From Tubiluchus corallicola (lineage: Eukaryota > Animalia > Priapulida): a DNA stretch of 63,989 nucleotides. This document shows, piece by piece, positions 38,958 through 51,087 of this stretch. Within the stretch, counting starts at the first letter, position 1. Every line of letters starts with the position of its first letter. Made by a program: the position numbers and the translations under genes. Where the stretch lies: positions 1 through 63,989 of the forward strand of contig JAQGDQ010001086.1 in assembly GCA_030141605.1 (NCBI GenBank). Direction: 5' to 3'. The notes under the pieces were generated by a model. The model did not search any database and was not told the origin of the DNA. It was given only the letters and a program-made list of their open reading frames with translations.

Positions 38958-40525
38958 TTCTTCTTCCCAGCTTTTCCCTATGCGGGGTCGCTGTTGTGAA
39001 TAAGTTTTCTCCATGCATTCTTGTTGTTGACCATCTCTTCATTTATGTTCTTCTAAGGTCTCCGCTTATGCATTCAAACCATCTCAGCTTGGGTCGTCCT
39101 CTTTTTCTATTTCCCAGCACTTCCATTTCCATGGCCTCCCTTCCCACGTGATCTTCCCCGACTCTTCTTTTCAGGTGCCCATACCATCGCAATCTTGCCT
39201 CTTGTTTCTGTTTCGAGGCTTCCACTACTTTCACTGTTCCTCTAATATTACTATTCCTGATTTTATCCCTTCTTGTTACTCCCACCATCCATCTCAACAT
39301 CCTCATCTCCGCCACATCCATTTTCTTCTCTTCGGTCTTCTTTAGAGGTGCTGCTTCCAGCCCATATATTAGGGCGGGTCTGACCACTGCTTTGTGAACT
39401 TTACCTTTAAGTCTCGCTGGAATCCTCTTATCGCATATCACACCCGAAACTTTTCGCCAGTTATTCCAACCACACTGAATCCTGAAATTCACCTCCTTTT
39501 CCATTCCTGCAGTCTCGTCTATCATTGAACCCAGATACTTAAAGGTCTTTACTCTTTTCAACTCTGCCCCGTTCAATCTTATTGTTTCTCGTTGATCCCC
39601 ATTCATGTCTGTCGTAAGATACTCCGTTTTGGATCTACTAATCCTCATTCCTCTGCTCTCCAAAGCGGCTCTCCATGCTTCTAATTTTCCTTCCAGTGTT
39701 TCTCTACTCTCAGCCACTATAGCGATGTCATCCGCATACAAAACACACCATGGTGGATTTCCCCTTACACTCTCTGTGATGACATCAAACACTATGTTGA
39801 ACAGTAGGGGGCTTAGTGCCGATCCTTGATGTAAGCCGACTTTTACTTGGAAACTGTCTGTTATACCAACTGTACTCCGGACTTTAGTTGTCACGTTCTT
39901 GTAGCATTCTTGGACTATTCTTATATATTTTTCTGGCACTCCTCTCTCCCTCAGATCTCTCCACACTTCTTGCCATGGTACCCTATCATATGCTTTCTCT
40001 AGATCTATGAAAGCTATATGTAGTGCCCTTTGCTTTTCCTGGTGTTTCTCTATATTCTGTCGAAGTGTGAATATACCGTCAACCGTTCCAAGTCCCTTCA
40101 TGAATCCAAACTGTTGCCGTCCTATGTGTACCACCTGTCTCAATCTATTATCCAGAATCCTTTCAAACAGTTTCAGGGTGTGGGACATCAGCTTAATCCC
40201 CCGATAATTTTGGCAGTCCTGGATGTCTCCCTTCTCCTTAAAAATCGGTTTCACTCCATTTTTCCGGGATTACCTCTCTCTCCACTATTTCTCTCATCAG
40301 TTGGTGCAGTATGTCAATCCCTTCTTCTCCTAAGGCTTTCCAAACTTCCACCGGTATTCCGTCGGGTCCCGTAGATTTGCCATTTTTCATTTTCTTTAAT
40401 GTTAATTCCACCTCCTGTCTTGTCACCCCTGTTACCTCCAGCTCATTCGGTTCTCCATCATCCCTAACCAGTCTTTCATTTTCCTCGTTCAGCAGCTTCT
40501 CATAGTATTCCTTCCACCTCCCTCA
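38958..40525 (-). mobile_element. 5'-truncated RTE-clade LINE with a frameshift near 40255
   Basis: RT motifs QNYRGIKL, FIDLEKAYDRV, GLHQGSALSPLLF, LYADD, FKYLG and RLRWYGH; (GAA)n tail; 18-bp TSD TTTACTCTCTAAATGAAC at 38940-38957 and 40526-40543. Confidence 0.95.
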
Positions 40526-41129
40526 TTTACTCTCTAAATGAACACCTGTTCTATTCCTTGTAAACACAAACTCTGTGACGATAATTTCTTGCCTCGCATT
40601 AAATATGTGCTTTAACCAGCTAAGTGAGTTCCCATAATCTTTCAATAAATTTATCTAATCCAATTAGGAGGTCTCTTTATCAACATAATCTAATGAAGTT
40701 GATAACTCCATTAATTAATCACTTAATTCATGATTCCGAAATTTATTCATAACATTTATCTATGCTATATGTACCTACTAGAAGTTATACGCTAGCTGAC
40801 ACCGTGGTTATGAAAATTGTTATAATGAAACTTGAACTTACAACCTACCATTATAATCACGAGAGAAACGTTAAGCTGATCACATCTTGACCTAGCAATA
40901 ATCAATAACTCGTTTTTAAAGCTTTCAATCACAAAAGAATGAAGCCATCGCTAAACGCTGTCTATAGAGGCAAAAGCAGAAACCAGACAATCGTTCCCAG
41001 CTTTTAAATCGCGACTGAAGAGCATACTCATCCAGGCATATTCAGATGAAATGTTCAGCGGTGACAATGTGTTTTGCCGTTTAGTCGATTTAGTCGAGAG
41101 ACAAAAACATAAAATATCTTACAAGCTTC

Positions 41130-41522
41130 AATTAGGACTCTTCCTCGTCACCACTTGTGACTAGCGTTCATGGTGCTGAACTTGTAATCTAAAGGTTCCT
41201 GGTTCAATTCTAATGCTTGCTCATTTGTTATTTTGATGTGTTTTTTATGTTTAAAAATCAATAATTATCGGTCATATCATATACAGTCTTTTTAATACAA
41301 AAGCTATCCGTAGATGGCGCCAGCATGCGACTAAGTCTAAGAAATTTTGTCTTGGTGGCAGAACTATCAAGCTGTAATTAGGACATTTTCTCGTCACTAC
41401 TTGTGTCTAGTGTTCATGGTACTAAACTTGTAATCTAAAGGTTCCTTGTTCAATTCTAATGCTTGCACATTTGTTAGTTTCATGTGTTTTTTATGTTTAA
41501 AAATCAATAATTATAGATCATA
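41130..41522 (+). repeat. Two tandem diverged copies (~245 bp apart) of a tRNA-like SINE head
   Basis: CTAGYGTTCATGGT...CTTGTAATCTAAAGGTTCCTKGTTCAATTC at 41161 and 41407 resembles A box, anticodon arm and B box. Confidence 0.45.
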
Positions 41523-43469
41523 TGTTGACTACCTAATAAAATTATAAATAATTAAGTACATACTTTTCGTTTAGGTGAAAAAATTACACACCTGTTCCAG
41601 AACACTACTAATATTGTTTATTTAAGATTAATTTACATATACAGTATGACAAATAATTACTGATTATACAGCGTTACTGCAAAATAATATTATACTAATA
41701 ATAATGATGATTTAATGCTCATAAATAATATTAAACTTTTGATCCTTTCACATAAATTACGACACAAATATATTCTGGTAAAATTCTTTTATGCAAAGTT
41801 AGCAAAGTTAATAGCAAAGTCTACGTGAACATGGCGAGAGTTGGTGTTAGGAAATATGATCTCTCTTCTGACAACGCCATTGAAAATGCTTCGTGAATTC
41901 TTAGTGGCTGCTCAAAATTTGAAGATTTCCACTCTTGCAAAGTTAGTAGATTTCCACGTAAAGATAGCGATACCTGGTGTTAGGAAATATGATCTCTTTT
42001 CTGACAACGCCATTGAAAATGCTTCGTGAATTCTTAGTGGCTGTCCAAAATGTGAAGATTTCCACTCTTGCAAAGTTAGTACATTTCCACATAAAGATAG
42101 CGAGAGCTGGTGTTAGGAAATAAGATCTCTCTTCTAACAATGCCATTGTCATCATAACTTAACTTAAGTCATATAAAGTGTCAAAACATTGTGTTTCTAC
42201 AGCAGAAGATATTAGTTGGAATGTTACTGTGATAATGAAATGCCAGGATAATTAGCTACCTAAGCAGACGCTGAGAAACAGCATTCTAAGTGCAACAAAG
42301 TAACGAATGCGGGTATTGCTAAATGCTAAAATCACAGATAATTATTTTGATTATGATTATGAGTTTATTTCGTATAAAAATATACAGTTTACAAAGATAA
42401 AGATGTTAGTAAAACAGGTAATGCGATATTAGTAAAGTAACGTATCTACAGACATTCAACTTTATAATAACCACACATTGTAGTTCCCTTGTAATTATAT
42501 TACATTATACAGTGTTGTAAGAAGCTATAATAGATATCTTAAAACATAATCTTTAAATGAGTTCTTAACCTTTAATTTTACATTTTCGTTTAGATCTACA
42601 GTACAACCATATTTAAATCTTAAATTTACTCGACTGTTATTTACATAGTAGCATAGCTTTGGAATTCTCAATGTGCAAGAGTTTACAATTTTTCTCACAA
42701 AGTTTAATTTTCGACTATCTATTAAATAATTCGCAGGCATTGTGCCACAAAAATACATCAACAATTTCACGCTTTCGTTTTGTCAAAAACTGAATATTTT
42801 TCTATAAGCACGGGTTCCATTTTACCCTTATGGCATTAATTTCATTGTTTAATTAAATTTAATTAATTAAACCATGTGTAACAAGTATTGCACAAACTTA
42901 ATACTCAGTTCAAATCACATGCAAACTCCTTTAAACCTTGGTGTCATAGTGAGTTTTGCATTATAACGAGGAGCATTAATTGATGCTCGTCTATGCAAAT
43001 ATATATATATTTTATTTTGCTGAAAATTTTGGCATTAAGCGAGGTTGGTGTTACAAAGGAGAGCGCTATAGCGAGGTTTGATGTATCTTGAAATTTAGCA
43101 AAATATCATGCAAAGAAGTTTTTTCTACAGTTTTTCAAATGTTCTGCTGGTACTTTTGTAGATGCATCTAAACTTGCTCAAAAACTGATTATTGTTATTC
43201 TAGTGCTGGTATTGCACTGTAATTTAAACAGGTAAATCATGTTCCCCTAATAGGAAGCTAACAATATCAGTTTTGCATGCGTATGATGCACTCAAAGCAC
43301 TTTGTACTCGTATGAGTTACTATTTCTATGATAATTATTATTGTAAATCAGCAAGTTACTCAAATGGACTCAAAGCACTTGATACAAAAAATGTAACATC
43401 ACACAGCTGCACTGAGTAACTTAAATACACTGAGAGTTTTTATGCAGCGAGAAGATGCTGTGTCACATT

Positions 43470-43739
43470 CACTTCAACTGAAATGTGACTTTCTTGTATG
43501 AATTCTTAAATGTTTTTTAGTGCACCTGCCTGAGTAAATGCAGCATCACACTGATAGCACTTGTACGGTTTTTCCCCAGTGTGAGTTCTTGAGTGTACTT
43601 GCAGTCCATATGCACTAGTAAATGCAGCATCACACTGATAACACTTGTACGGTTTTTCCCCAGTGTGAGTTCTTGAGTGTACTTGCAGTGCACTTGAACG
43701 CGCATATGCAGCATTACACTGACTACATTTAAAAGGTTT
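43470..43739 (-). pseudogene. Non-translated zinc-finger units beyond the premature stop
   Basis: After TAA the frame continues KPFKCSQCNAAYARSSALQVHSRTHTGEKPYKCYQCDAAFTSAYGLQVHSRTHTGEKPYKCYQCDAAFTQAGAL, then shifts frame. Confidence 0.85.
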
Positions 43740-45005
43740 TTATCCAGTGGGAATTCTTGAATGTACTGTCAGTGCTCCTGACTGAGCAAATGCAGCATCA
43801 CACTGATTACATTTAAATGGTCTATCTCCAGAATGGATTCTTAAATGAACTTTTAGATTATGTGCTTGAGCAAATGCAGTCCCACACTGAGAACACTTAA
43901 AAGGTTTTTCTCCAGTGTGAGTCCTTGAATGTACTGTCAGTGCACCTGAACGAGCAAATGCAGTTTCACATTGACTGCATTTGAAAGGTTTCTCACCTGT
44001 ATGAGTCCTTGAATGTACTGTCAGTGCACCTGAGTGAGCAAATGCAGCTTCACATTGACTGCACTTGAAAGGTTTCTCTCCAGTGTGAGTTCTTGAATGT
44101 AGTGTCAGTGCACCTGACTGAGCAAATGCAGCATCACACTGATTACATTTAAATGGTCTATCTCCAGAATGGATTCTTAAATGAACTTTTAGATTATGTG
44201 CTTGAGCAAATGCAGTCCCACACTGAGAACACTTAAAAGGTTTTTCTCCAGTGTGAGTTCTTGAATGTACTGTCAGTGCACCTGACTGAGCAAATGCAGC
44301 ATCACACTGATTACATTTAAATGGTCTATCTCCAGAATGGATTCTTAAATGAACTTTTAGATTATGTGCTTGAGCAAATGCAGTCCCACACTGAGAACAC
44401 TTAAAAGGTTTTTCTCCAGTGTGAGTCCTTGAATGTACTGTCAGTGCACCTGACCAAGCAAATGCAGCATCACACCAACTGCACTTGAAAGGCTTCTCAC
44501 GAGTGTGAGTTCTGGAATGTGTTCTCAAACAACTTGGATAAGCAAATGCAGCATCACACTGATTGCACTTGAAAGGTTTTCCTCCACTGTGATTACTTGA
44601 ATGTAATTTTAGAGCTCCAAAGCCAGTAAACTTGAATCTGCGTGACTGTTTGATAGAAGAAGCAACAATTTGATTGTCAACAGCAGAATACAGGTGATTT
44701 ACCTTAAATGACGGCAGTTCTTTACATTCTTCTTTCACATTTGCTAGAAGCTCATCATTTGCTATATCTTCTACATCAGCTGAAGTACTAGGTTCAATTT
44801 TTACAAAATCACAATCAGTTTTTTGCTCTTGAATGTCACAATCTTCTACTTTGCGTTTGCTGTCATTCATTTTAACTGACTCTCCATCATTTTCGGTTTT
44901 GACTAGAACATTGTCAGTTTGGATGTCAACATCTATGGATTCCCCTCGAACATCTTCACTTTCCACTTTCACAAATGCAGGAGCAGTTTGTATTGCCCGA
45001 TCCAT
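43740..45005 (-). CDS. Tandem C2H2 zinc-finger protein: 9 intact fingers plus 1 broken, acidic N-terminus with several psi-K-x-E motifs
   Basis: Acceptor ttttacag at 45037-45045, ATG 45005 (MDRAIQ); HTGEKPFKC linkers; ends at in-frame TAA 43742-43740. Confidence 0.85.
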   Translation of the reverse strand: MDRAIQTAPAFVKVESEDVRGESIDVDIQTDNVLVKTENDGESVKMNDSKRKVEDCDIQEQKTDCDFVKIEPSTSADVEDIANDELLANVKEECKELPSFKVNHLYSAVDNQIVASSIKQSRRFKFTGFGALKLHSSNHSGGKPFKCNQCDAAFAYPSCLRTHSRTHTREKPFKCSWCDAAFAWSGALTVHSRTHTGEKPFKCSQCGTAFAQAHNLKVHLRIHSGDRPFKCNQCDAAFAQSGALTVHSRTHTGEKPFKCSQCGTAFAQAHNLKVHLRIHSGDRPFKCNQCDAAFAQSGALTLHSRTHTGEKPFKCSQCEAAFAHSGALTVHSRTHTGEKPFKCSQCETAFARSGALTVHSRTHTGEKPFKCSQCGTAFAQAHNLKVHLRIHSGDRPFKCNQCDAAFAQSGALTVHSRIPTG

Positions 45006-45192
45006 CTTTGCAAATCCGAAGATGAAAAATAAATTTCTGTAAAAAAAATGAATTGAAGAAACTTCCAAAATAGCTTAAACGTTAGAAGTTAGTCACGCAA
45101 AAAACGTAGTGCTATGTTAATGGACTTAGTAAATGGATAGGTGACCAGCTAAAATGTAGAGAATGGGTGCATTAGCAGGAGTAGCGCTTTAA

Positions 45193-45652
45193 CCCTTTCA
45201 TACCCGTTGTATCCCGTGGGATACGAGAATATTTTCTGCCTTTAAAATTAGTAAAATTTTAAAACTAACAGTTATTTGATCTGTTAATAGTTATTTTGAT
45301 TTAAGCCAATAACAATAGACTAAAAATGGTAATAAAATGGCAAACTAGAAGATCTACATAGCATAAAAAACTGCGCAAGGTACAGTACTTTAGAGACGAC
45401 TTTGTATAGATCAGCATAGCATGCATGTTAAATGTCTTAAATACTTTAAAAAATGATCAGCAGTTGCAAAATGAAGCACATTTTATGCTTCTATTGAATC
45501 CCAATGTATCCCGTGGGATACAGGCTATATTTAGCACGCTGGCACAGGTAGAAAAAAATAATTATTATGTGTAAACAAGATGGACATACTGAACAAAAGT
45601 ACCAAGCCAAAATTTTCTTTCTTAGTAGAAAAATAATTTGGGACTGAAAGGG
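45193..45652. mobile_element. piggyBac-type MITE
   Basis: TTAA|CCCTTTCATACCC ... GGGACTGAAAGGG|TTAA; internal repeat TGTATCCCGTGGGATAC occurs twice. Confidence 0.85.
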
Positions 45653-46140
45653 TTAAGTAGTGCACAGAAACACAAATTATTTGAACAACTTGCATCAGTG
45701 TGTAAATTTAGCAGAAAAAAGTTAAAGTATCCTATTATTGAACTAAAAAACATTCTACAATTTGTATCATTAAAGTCATTTCTAACATAGAGTCAACAAG
45801 AATGATAATTCTAGTTTGTGTCAGAGATGATTACTTTGACCTACACGAGGTTTAGACTTGTTAATCCTCCCAGAATTACTTTTGGACTTTACCAGTGTTT
45901 TCTGAAAATATTTAACCTCCTCAAAATGCTTACACTCTGAAAATATTTATAATTATTTTTAAGGAAAACAAACAAATGTTAAAAATACATCAACCACTCG
46001 GTGTCAACTTATCTAAGTTTAATTGTTAGCAAAATTCTCTAGAATGATCTGCTAAAATAAAAGTAACAAGATGCTTTCAACTAAAGACTGTTGATAGTAT
46101 AACATCTACTGCTTCATCCTTCATCTGTTAATACCTTCTA

Positions 46141-46801
46141 GCCCCATCTAGTGGCAGAAAAAAAACCAAATAGGTAGTTTTATCTAGAGAATGATACATA
46201 TACATCTACTGCTTTATCCTTTCATCTGTTAACATCTTATAGCCCCATCTAGTGGCAAAAAACTAATGGGTTGTTGATACATCCACTGCCTTTTCACGTG
46301 ATCAAATGAATTTTGTTCTGCCTAATTAGTGAATTCAAAGTATTACAGCATCAAAAATTGCGTCTAATATATTGTACTTCAGCAGTCCAGTTGTTTGCTC
46401 TCGTCACGTGACTTCTGTAGAGTTTGTGTACCTGGCGTCCTGGCAACAAACTGCCAGCTATTGCCCAATGTATATTTTGTTGATAAGTGATTATTATAAT
46501 ATTAATTTTACATAATAAATGTATTCTAGAATTATTTAAACACTTTACAGGTTTCATTTTAGTGTTACCAAAGATATAATGTCATTATTTAACATAGACA
46601 CAAGCTGGCATATACGAGGAAATATACTTTAGACGACTACAGTTATTTATCATTAATTTTATTTATTACTGTAGTGTTATTAGATTATAAAAGTAAAGTT
46701 TTTTCTTTATTTCGTAAATGCGGTTAAGATAAAAGTCTGTCACGTGCCTTTTAAGCTAGGCCCTGATAATGCATAAACTAGTACGAAATTCGTCACGTGA
46801 C
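46141..46801. promoter_or_regulatory. Putative promoter or regulatory region of the minus-strand ZF gene
   Basis: GTCACGTGAC at 46403 and 46792, further TCACGTG at 46294 and 46740; two CTCF-like GCCCCATCTAGTGGC at 46141 and 46242. Confidence 0.35.
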
Positions 46802-46956
46802 CACACACACACACACAAACATGACGGCGATACGAACTGTATAGTGTACAACTGTTAATACAGCGTAATTATTGGTAATTATACACTAACTCGAATACGT
46901 AATAAACAGCTGAAGGCAGTGTGACACATGGAAGTTTAACATAAAGATTGAGACAA

Positions 46957-47662
46957 AGGTTAAGGTTGAGGTTGAGGTTCAGGTTTAAGTTTAGGTTCAG
47001 GATCAGGTTCAGGTGTAGGTAAAGGTTAAGGTTAAGGATAAGGATAAGGATAAGGATAAGGATAAGGATAAGGATAAGGATAAGAGTAATGATAATGATA
47101 AGGTTAAGGTTAAGGTTAAGGTTAAGGATAGGATAAGGATAAGGATAAGGATAAGGATAAGAGTAATGATAATGATAAGGTTAAGGTTAAGGTTAAGGAT
47201 CAGGATCAGGTTTAGGTTAAGGTTCAGATTCAGGTTAAGGATAAGGATAAGGTTAAGGTTAAGGTTAAGGTTAAAATTAAGGTTAAGGTTAAGGTTAAGG
47301 ATCAAGTTCAGGTTCAGGTTAAGGTTAAGGTTAAGGTTAAGGTTAAGGTTAAGGTTAAGGTTAAGGTTAAGGATAAGGTTAAGGTTAAAGTTAAGGATAA
47401 GGATAAGGATAAGGTTAAGGTTAAGGTTAAGGTTAAGGTTTAGGTTAAGGTTAAGGTTAAGGTTAAGGATCAAGTTCAGGTTCATGTTCAGGTTAAGGTT
47501 AAGGTTAAGGTTAAGGTTAAGGTTAAGGTTAAGGTTAAGGATAAGGTTAAGGTTAAGGATAAGGATAAGGATAAGGATAAGGATAAGGATAAGGATAAGG
47601 ATAAGGATAAGGATAAGGATAAGGATAAGGATAAGGATAAGGATAAGGATAAGGATAAGGAT
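46957..47662. repeat. (TTAAGG)n/(ATAAGG)n hexamer microsatellite
   Basis: Directly visible, ~700 bp. Confidence 0.95.
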
Positions 47663-48579
47663 GTATCTTTCATAATCTTTGCATGTTTTATTGCAGGAGC
47701 TGAATGTTTAATGACTGTCGTGTTATGAGCAACTATTACTGTTAACACAGCAAAACACGACAGTTCCCTTCATAAGGTGTTTACTGCGGTCTTTATTTTC
47801 TAAAGCAGAAAAATAAAACAATACATAAAATTTGCAGTAATGCAATTTGAACAAAAATACAGAAAGTTGAACAAAAAAATTACACAGAAAATTGCTATGT
47901 AATAAATATAAAAAAATTACTCACTTCTTTCGGCTAAAGAGCGCACACTGTTTATGTCACGCAAACATAACATTAATTTCTTACATAAAAATTGCATTAT
48001 CCACATTACAACACATTGCATTATCCACAAAAACCAGTCAACTCAGCCAGCAATTGCCTTTAGTTTTTGGCTCCCTCGTGCGGCAAAAAGAAAAGACAAA
48101 TTATATGGGCAATTTCCCCATAACAAATACATAGAAAAGAGTTATTCTGCTGCAGTACAACAAGCCAAACTTGTTTTTCTTTACCCAATCATGTCGAAAA
48201 AGCAAAGTTGTACTCAGGGACGCAAAAACGCAGACAGTTTGTAAATTCTCCCACGAAACAAATGATTAAAACATTAAAAGCGTAGGGCGCCTGAAGTTTT
48301 TTCTCCCGGGCGCCACAAGCACTTACTACGCCACTGCATGGAAGCTTAAGTTCAAGATGGTTAAGAACGAATAACTGGTTTGAAGATTAGTTAGCTAAAT
48401 AGTTAATTATTTAACTAAAACTTGACATGTTGGAGTAGAACTTTTAGGACTGAATTAATCGAAACGCATGTTCTCCTACCACTATGTACTGGTAGCCATT
48501 TTTGTGTGGTTAAAAGATAGCATTGGACTCGAAACCTCAAAGTTCCTGGTTCAAACATAGGCTCATAACGGTCATCCAA

Positions 48580-49103
48580 TATTGCCGAATTGTAACTGTG
48601 GATTTCGATTTGAGTCTGTTGAACACTTTTTGTTGCACTGCCCATTGTGTCAACAAACTAGGGTTGTTATGTTTGATAAATTAAATGAAATACTTCTGCC
48701 TGAAAACCTTAATATAGCTGCCTTAGGAACTAATGATCTGTTGAAGTTGTTATTATTCGGTAAAGATGAATTTAACTTTGTTGCTAACTGTAAAATATTC
48801 CAATGCATACATGACTTTATATTACGTACTAAACGCTTCCAGTAGTTTCTATCTGATATGAAATGCATCATTCTTAAATAATCGTACATTAATATTTACT
48901 AACCATCATTTTCTACTAATGTCTAATGTATCACTGTAGTAAAACTTTAGTATACTAAAGTATACTAAAAACTAAGTATAGTCTATTCTTACTGTAAATG
49001 TTCTTGTAAATAGTGTATAAAGTCTGTTGTGGTGAGGATCTTAAATCATGTTGTACAAACTGTCTGATCCAATCCTAAATAAATTATGTTTAAACTAAAC
49101 TAA
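48580..49103 (+). mobile_element. Non-LTR retrotransposon 3' fragment (C-terminal CCHC motif, 3' UTR, tail)
   Basis: CNCGFRFESVEHFLLHCP...LLLFG...FILRTKRF; AATAAA then (TAAAC)n. Confidence 0.7.
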
Positions 49104-49420
49104 ATATAGACACAGCCTTACTTTTTTACATTTACATTTGGTCGAGCTTGACATCACGAAACCTCATTAACAAGTGTCTCAATCAGTAGGAGTGGATTTC
49201 CAATAGACTTAGAAGCCCCGAAGCGCCATCTAGGTAACGGAAATAACAACATGGCTACTGCCGAAAATACCAACGTTACGGCGCGTTCAGACAACCGAGT
49301 TTATCGCCTAGTTAACTCCCCAAGTAACTGACAAGTGCGTTCAGACTAATAAGCAGAACTTGGTGCAAGTTACTTTCCAACAGTAAGTGCGAGCTGACAC
49401 TTCATTCTTTGTTTATTACA

Positions 49421-49840
49421 GAGTAACTCGCCAAGGTGTTCACACCATACATGTCGAGAGTAACTCGCCAAGGTGTTCACACCATACATGTTGAGATTAA
49501 CTCGCCAAGGTGATCACACCATACATGTCGAGAGTAACTCGCCAAGGTGTTCACACCATACATGTCGAGAGTAACTCGCCAAGGTGTTCACACCATACAT
49601 GTTGAGAGTAACTCGCCAAGGTGTTCACACCATACATGTTGAGAGTAACTCGCCAAGGTGATCACACCATACATGTCGAGAGTAACTCACCAAGGTGTTC
49701 ACATCATACATGTCGAGAGTAACTTGCCAAGGTGTTCACACCATACATGTCGAGAGTAACTCGCCAAGGTGTTCACACCATACATGTCGAGAGTAACTCG
49801 CCAAGGTGTTACTCACATCATACATGTCGAGAGTAACTCG
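49421..49840. repeat. Minisatellite, 37-bp unit, ~11 copies
   Basis: GAGTAACTCGCCAAGGTGTTCACACCATACATGTCGA. Confidence 0.95.
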
Positions 49841-50077
49841 TGAACGGTTTGAGCTCTAGTGGCAACGTGTCCGTAGATCTGCTTTCTACTGAGTGCATTC
49901 TGCTTTTACTATAGAAAGAAGTTGCATAAATGCAACATATTTGAAATTGTTTCTACTTTTCCATTTGTGCCATTTTTAAAATTTATTACATGTGGAATAA
50001 ATTCGTAGTTCATAATTCAATTCTGTTTTAAACCATGAAATCGCCTGCTTTGATTATACACATTAAGCACCTGAAAG

Positions 50078-51087
50078 ATATACATGGCAAACCACGTGTA
50101 TTCATAGATACATGGCAAACAACGTGTATTCATAGATACATGGCAAACCACACGTATTCATAGATACACGGCAAACCACGTGTATTCATAGATACATGGC
50201 AAACCACGTGTATTCATAGATACATGGCAAACCACATGTATTCATAGATACATGGCAAACCACGTGTGTTCATAGATACATGGCAAACCACGTGTATTCA
50301 TAGATACATGGCAAACCACGTGTATTCATAGATACATGGCAAACCACGTGTATTCATAGATACACGGCAAACCACGTGTATTCATAGATACATGGCAAAC
50401 CACGTGTATTCATAGATACACGGCAAACCACGTGTATTCATAGATACACGGCAAACCACGTGTATTCATAGATACATGGCAAACCACGTGTATTCATAGA
50501 TACATGGCAAACCACGTGTATTCATAGATACATGGCAAACCACGTGTAATCATAGATACATGTCAAACCACGTGTATTCATAGATACACGGCAAACCACG
50601 TGTATTCATAGATACATGGCAAACCACATGTATTCATAGATACATGGCAAACCACGTGTATTCATAGATACATGGCAAACCACATGTATTCATAGATACA
50701 TGGCAAACCACGTGTATTCATAGATACACGGCAAACCATGTGTATTCATAGATACATGGCAAACCACGTGTATTCATAGATACATGGCAAACCACGTGTA
50801 TTCATAGATACATGGCAAACCACGTGTATTCATAGATACATGGCAAACCACATGTATTCATAGATACACGGCAAACCACGTGTATTCATAGATACACGGC
50901 AAACCACGTGTATTCATAGATACATGGCAAACCACGTGTATTCATAGATACATGGCAAACCACGTGTATTCATAGATACATGGCAAACCACGTGTATTCA
51001 TAGATACATGGCAAACCACATGTATTCATAGATACATGGCAAACCACGCGTATTCATAGATACACGGCAAACCACGTGTATTCATAG
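50078..51087. repeat. Minisatellite, 28-bp unit with a CACGTG core, ~36 copies
   Basis: GATACATGGCAAACCACGTGTATTCATA. Confidence 0.97.
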
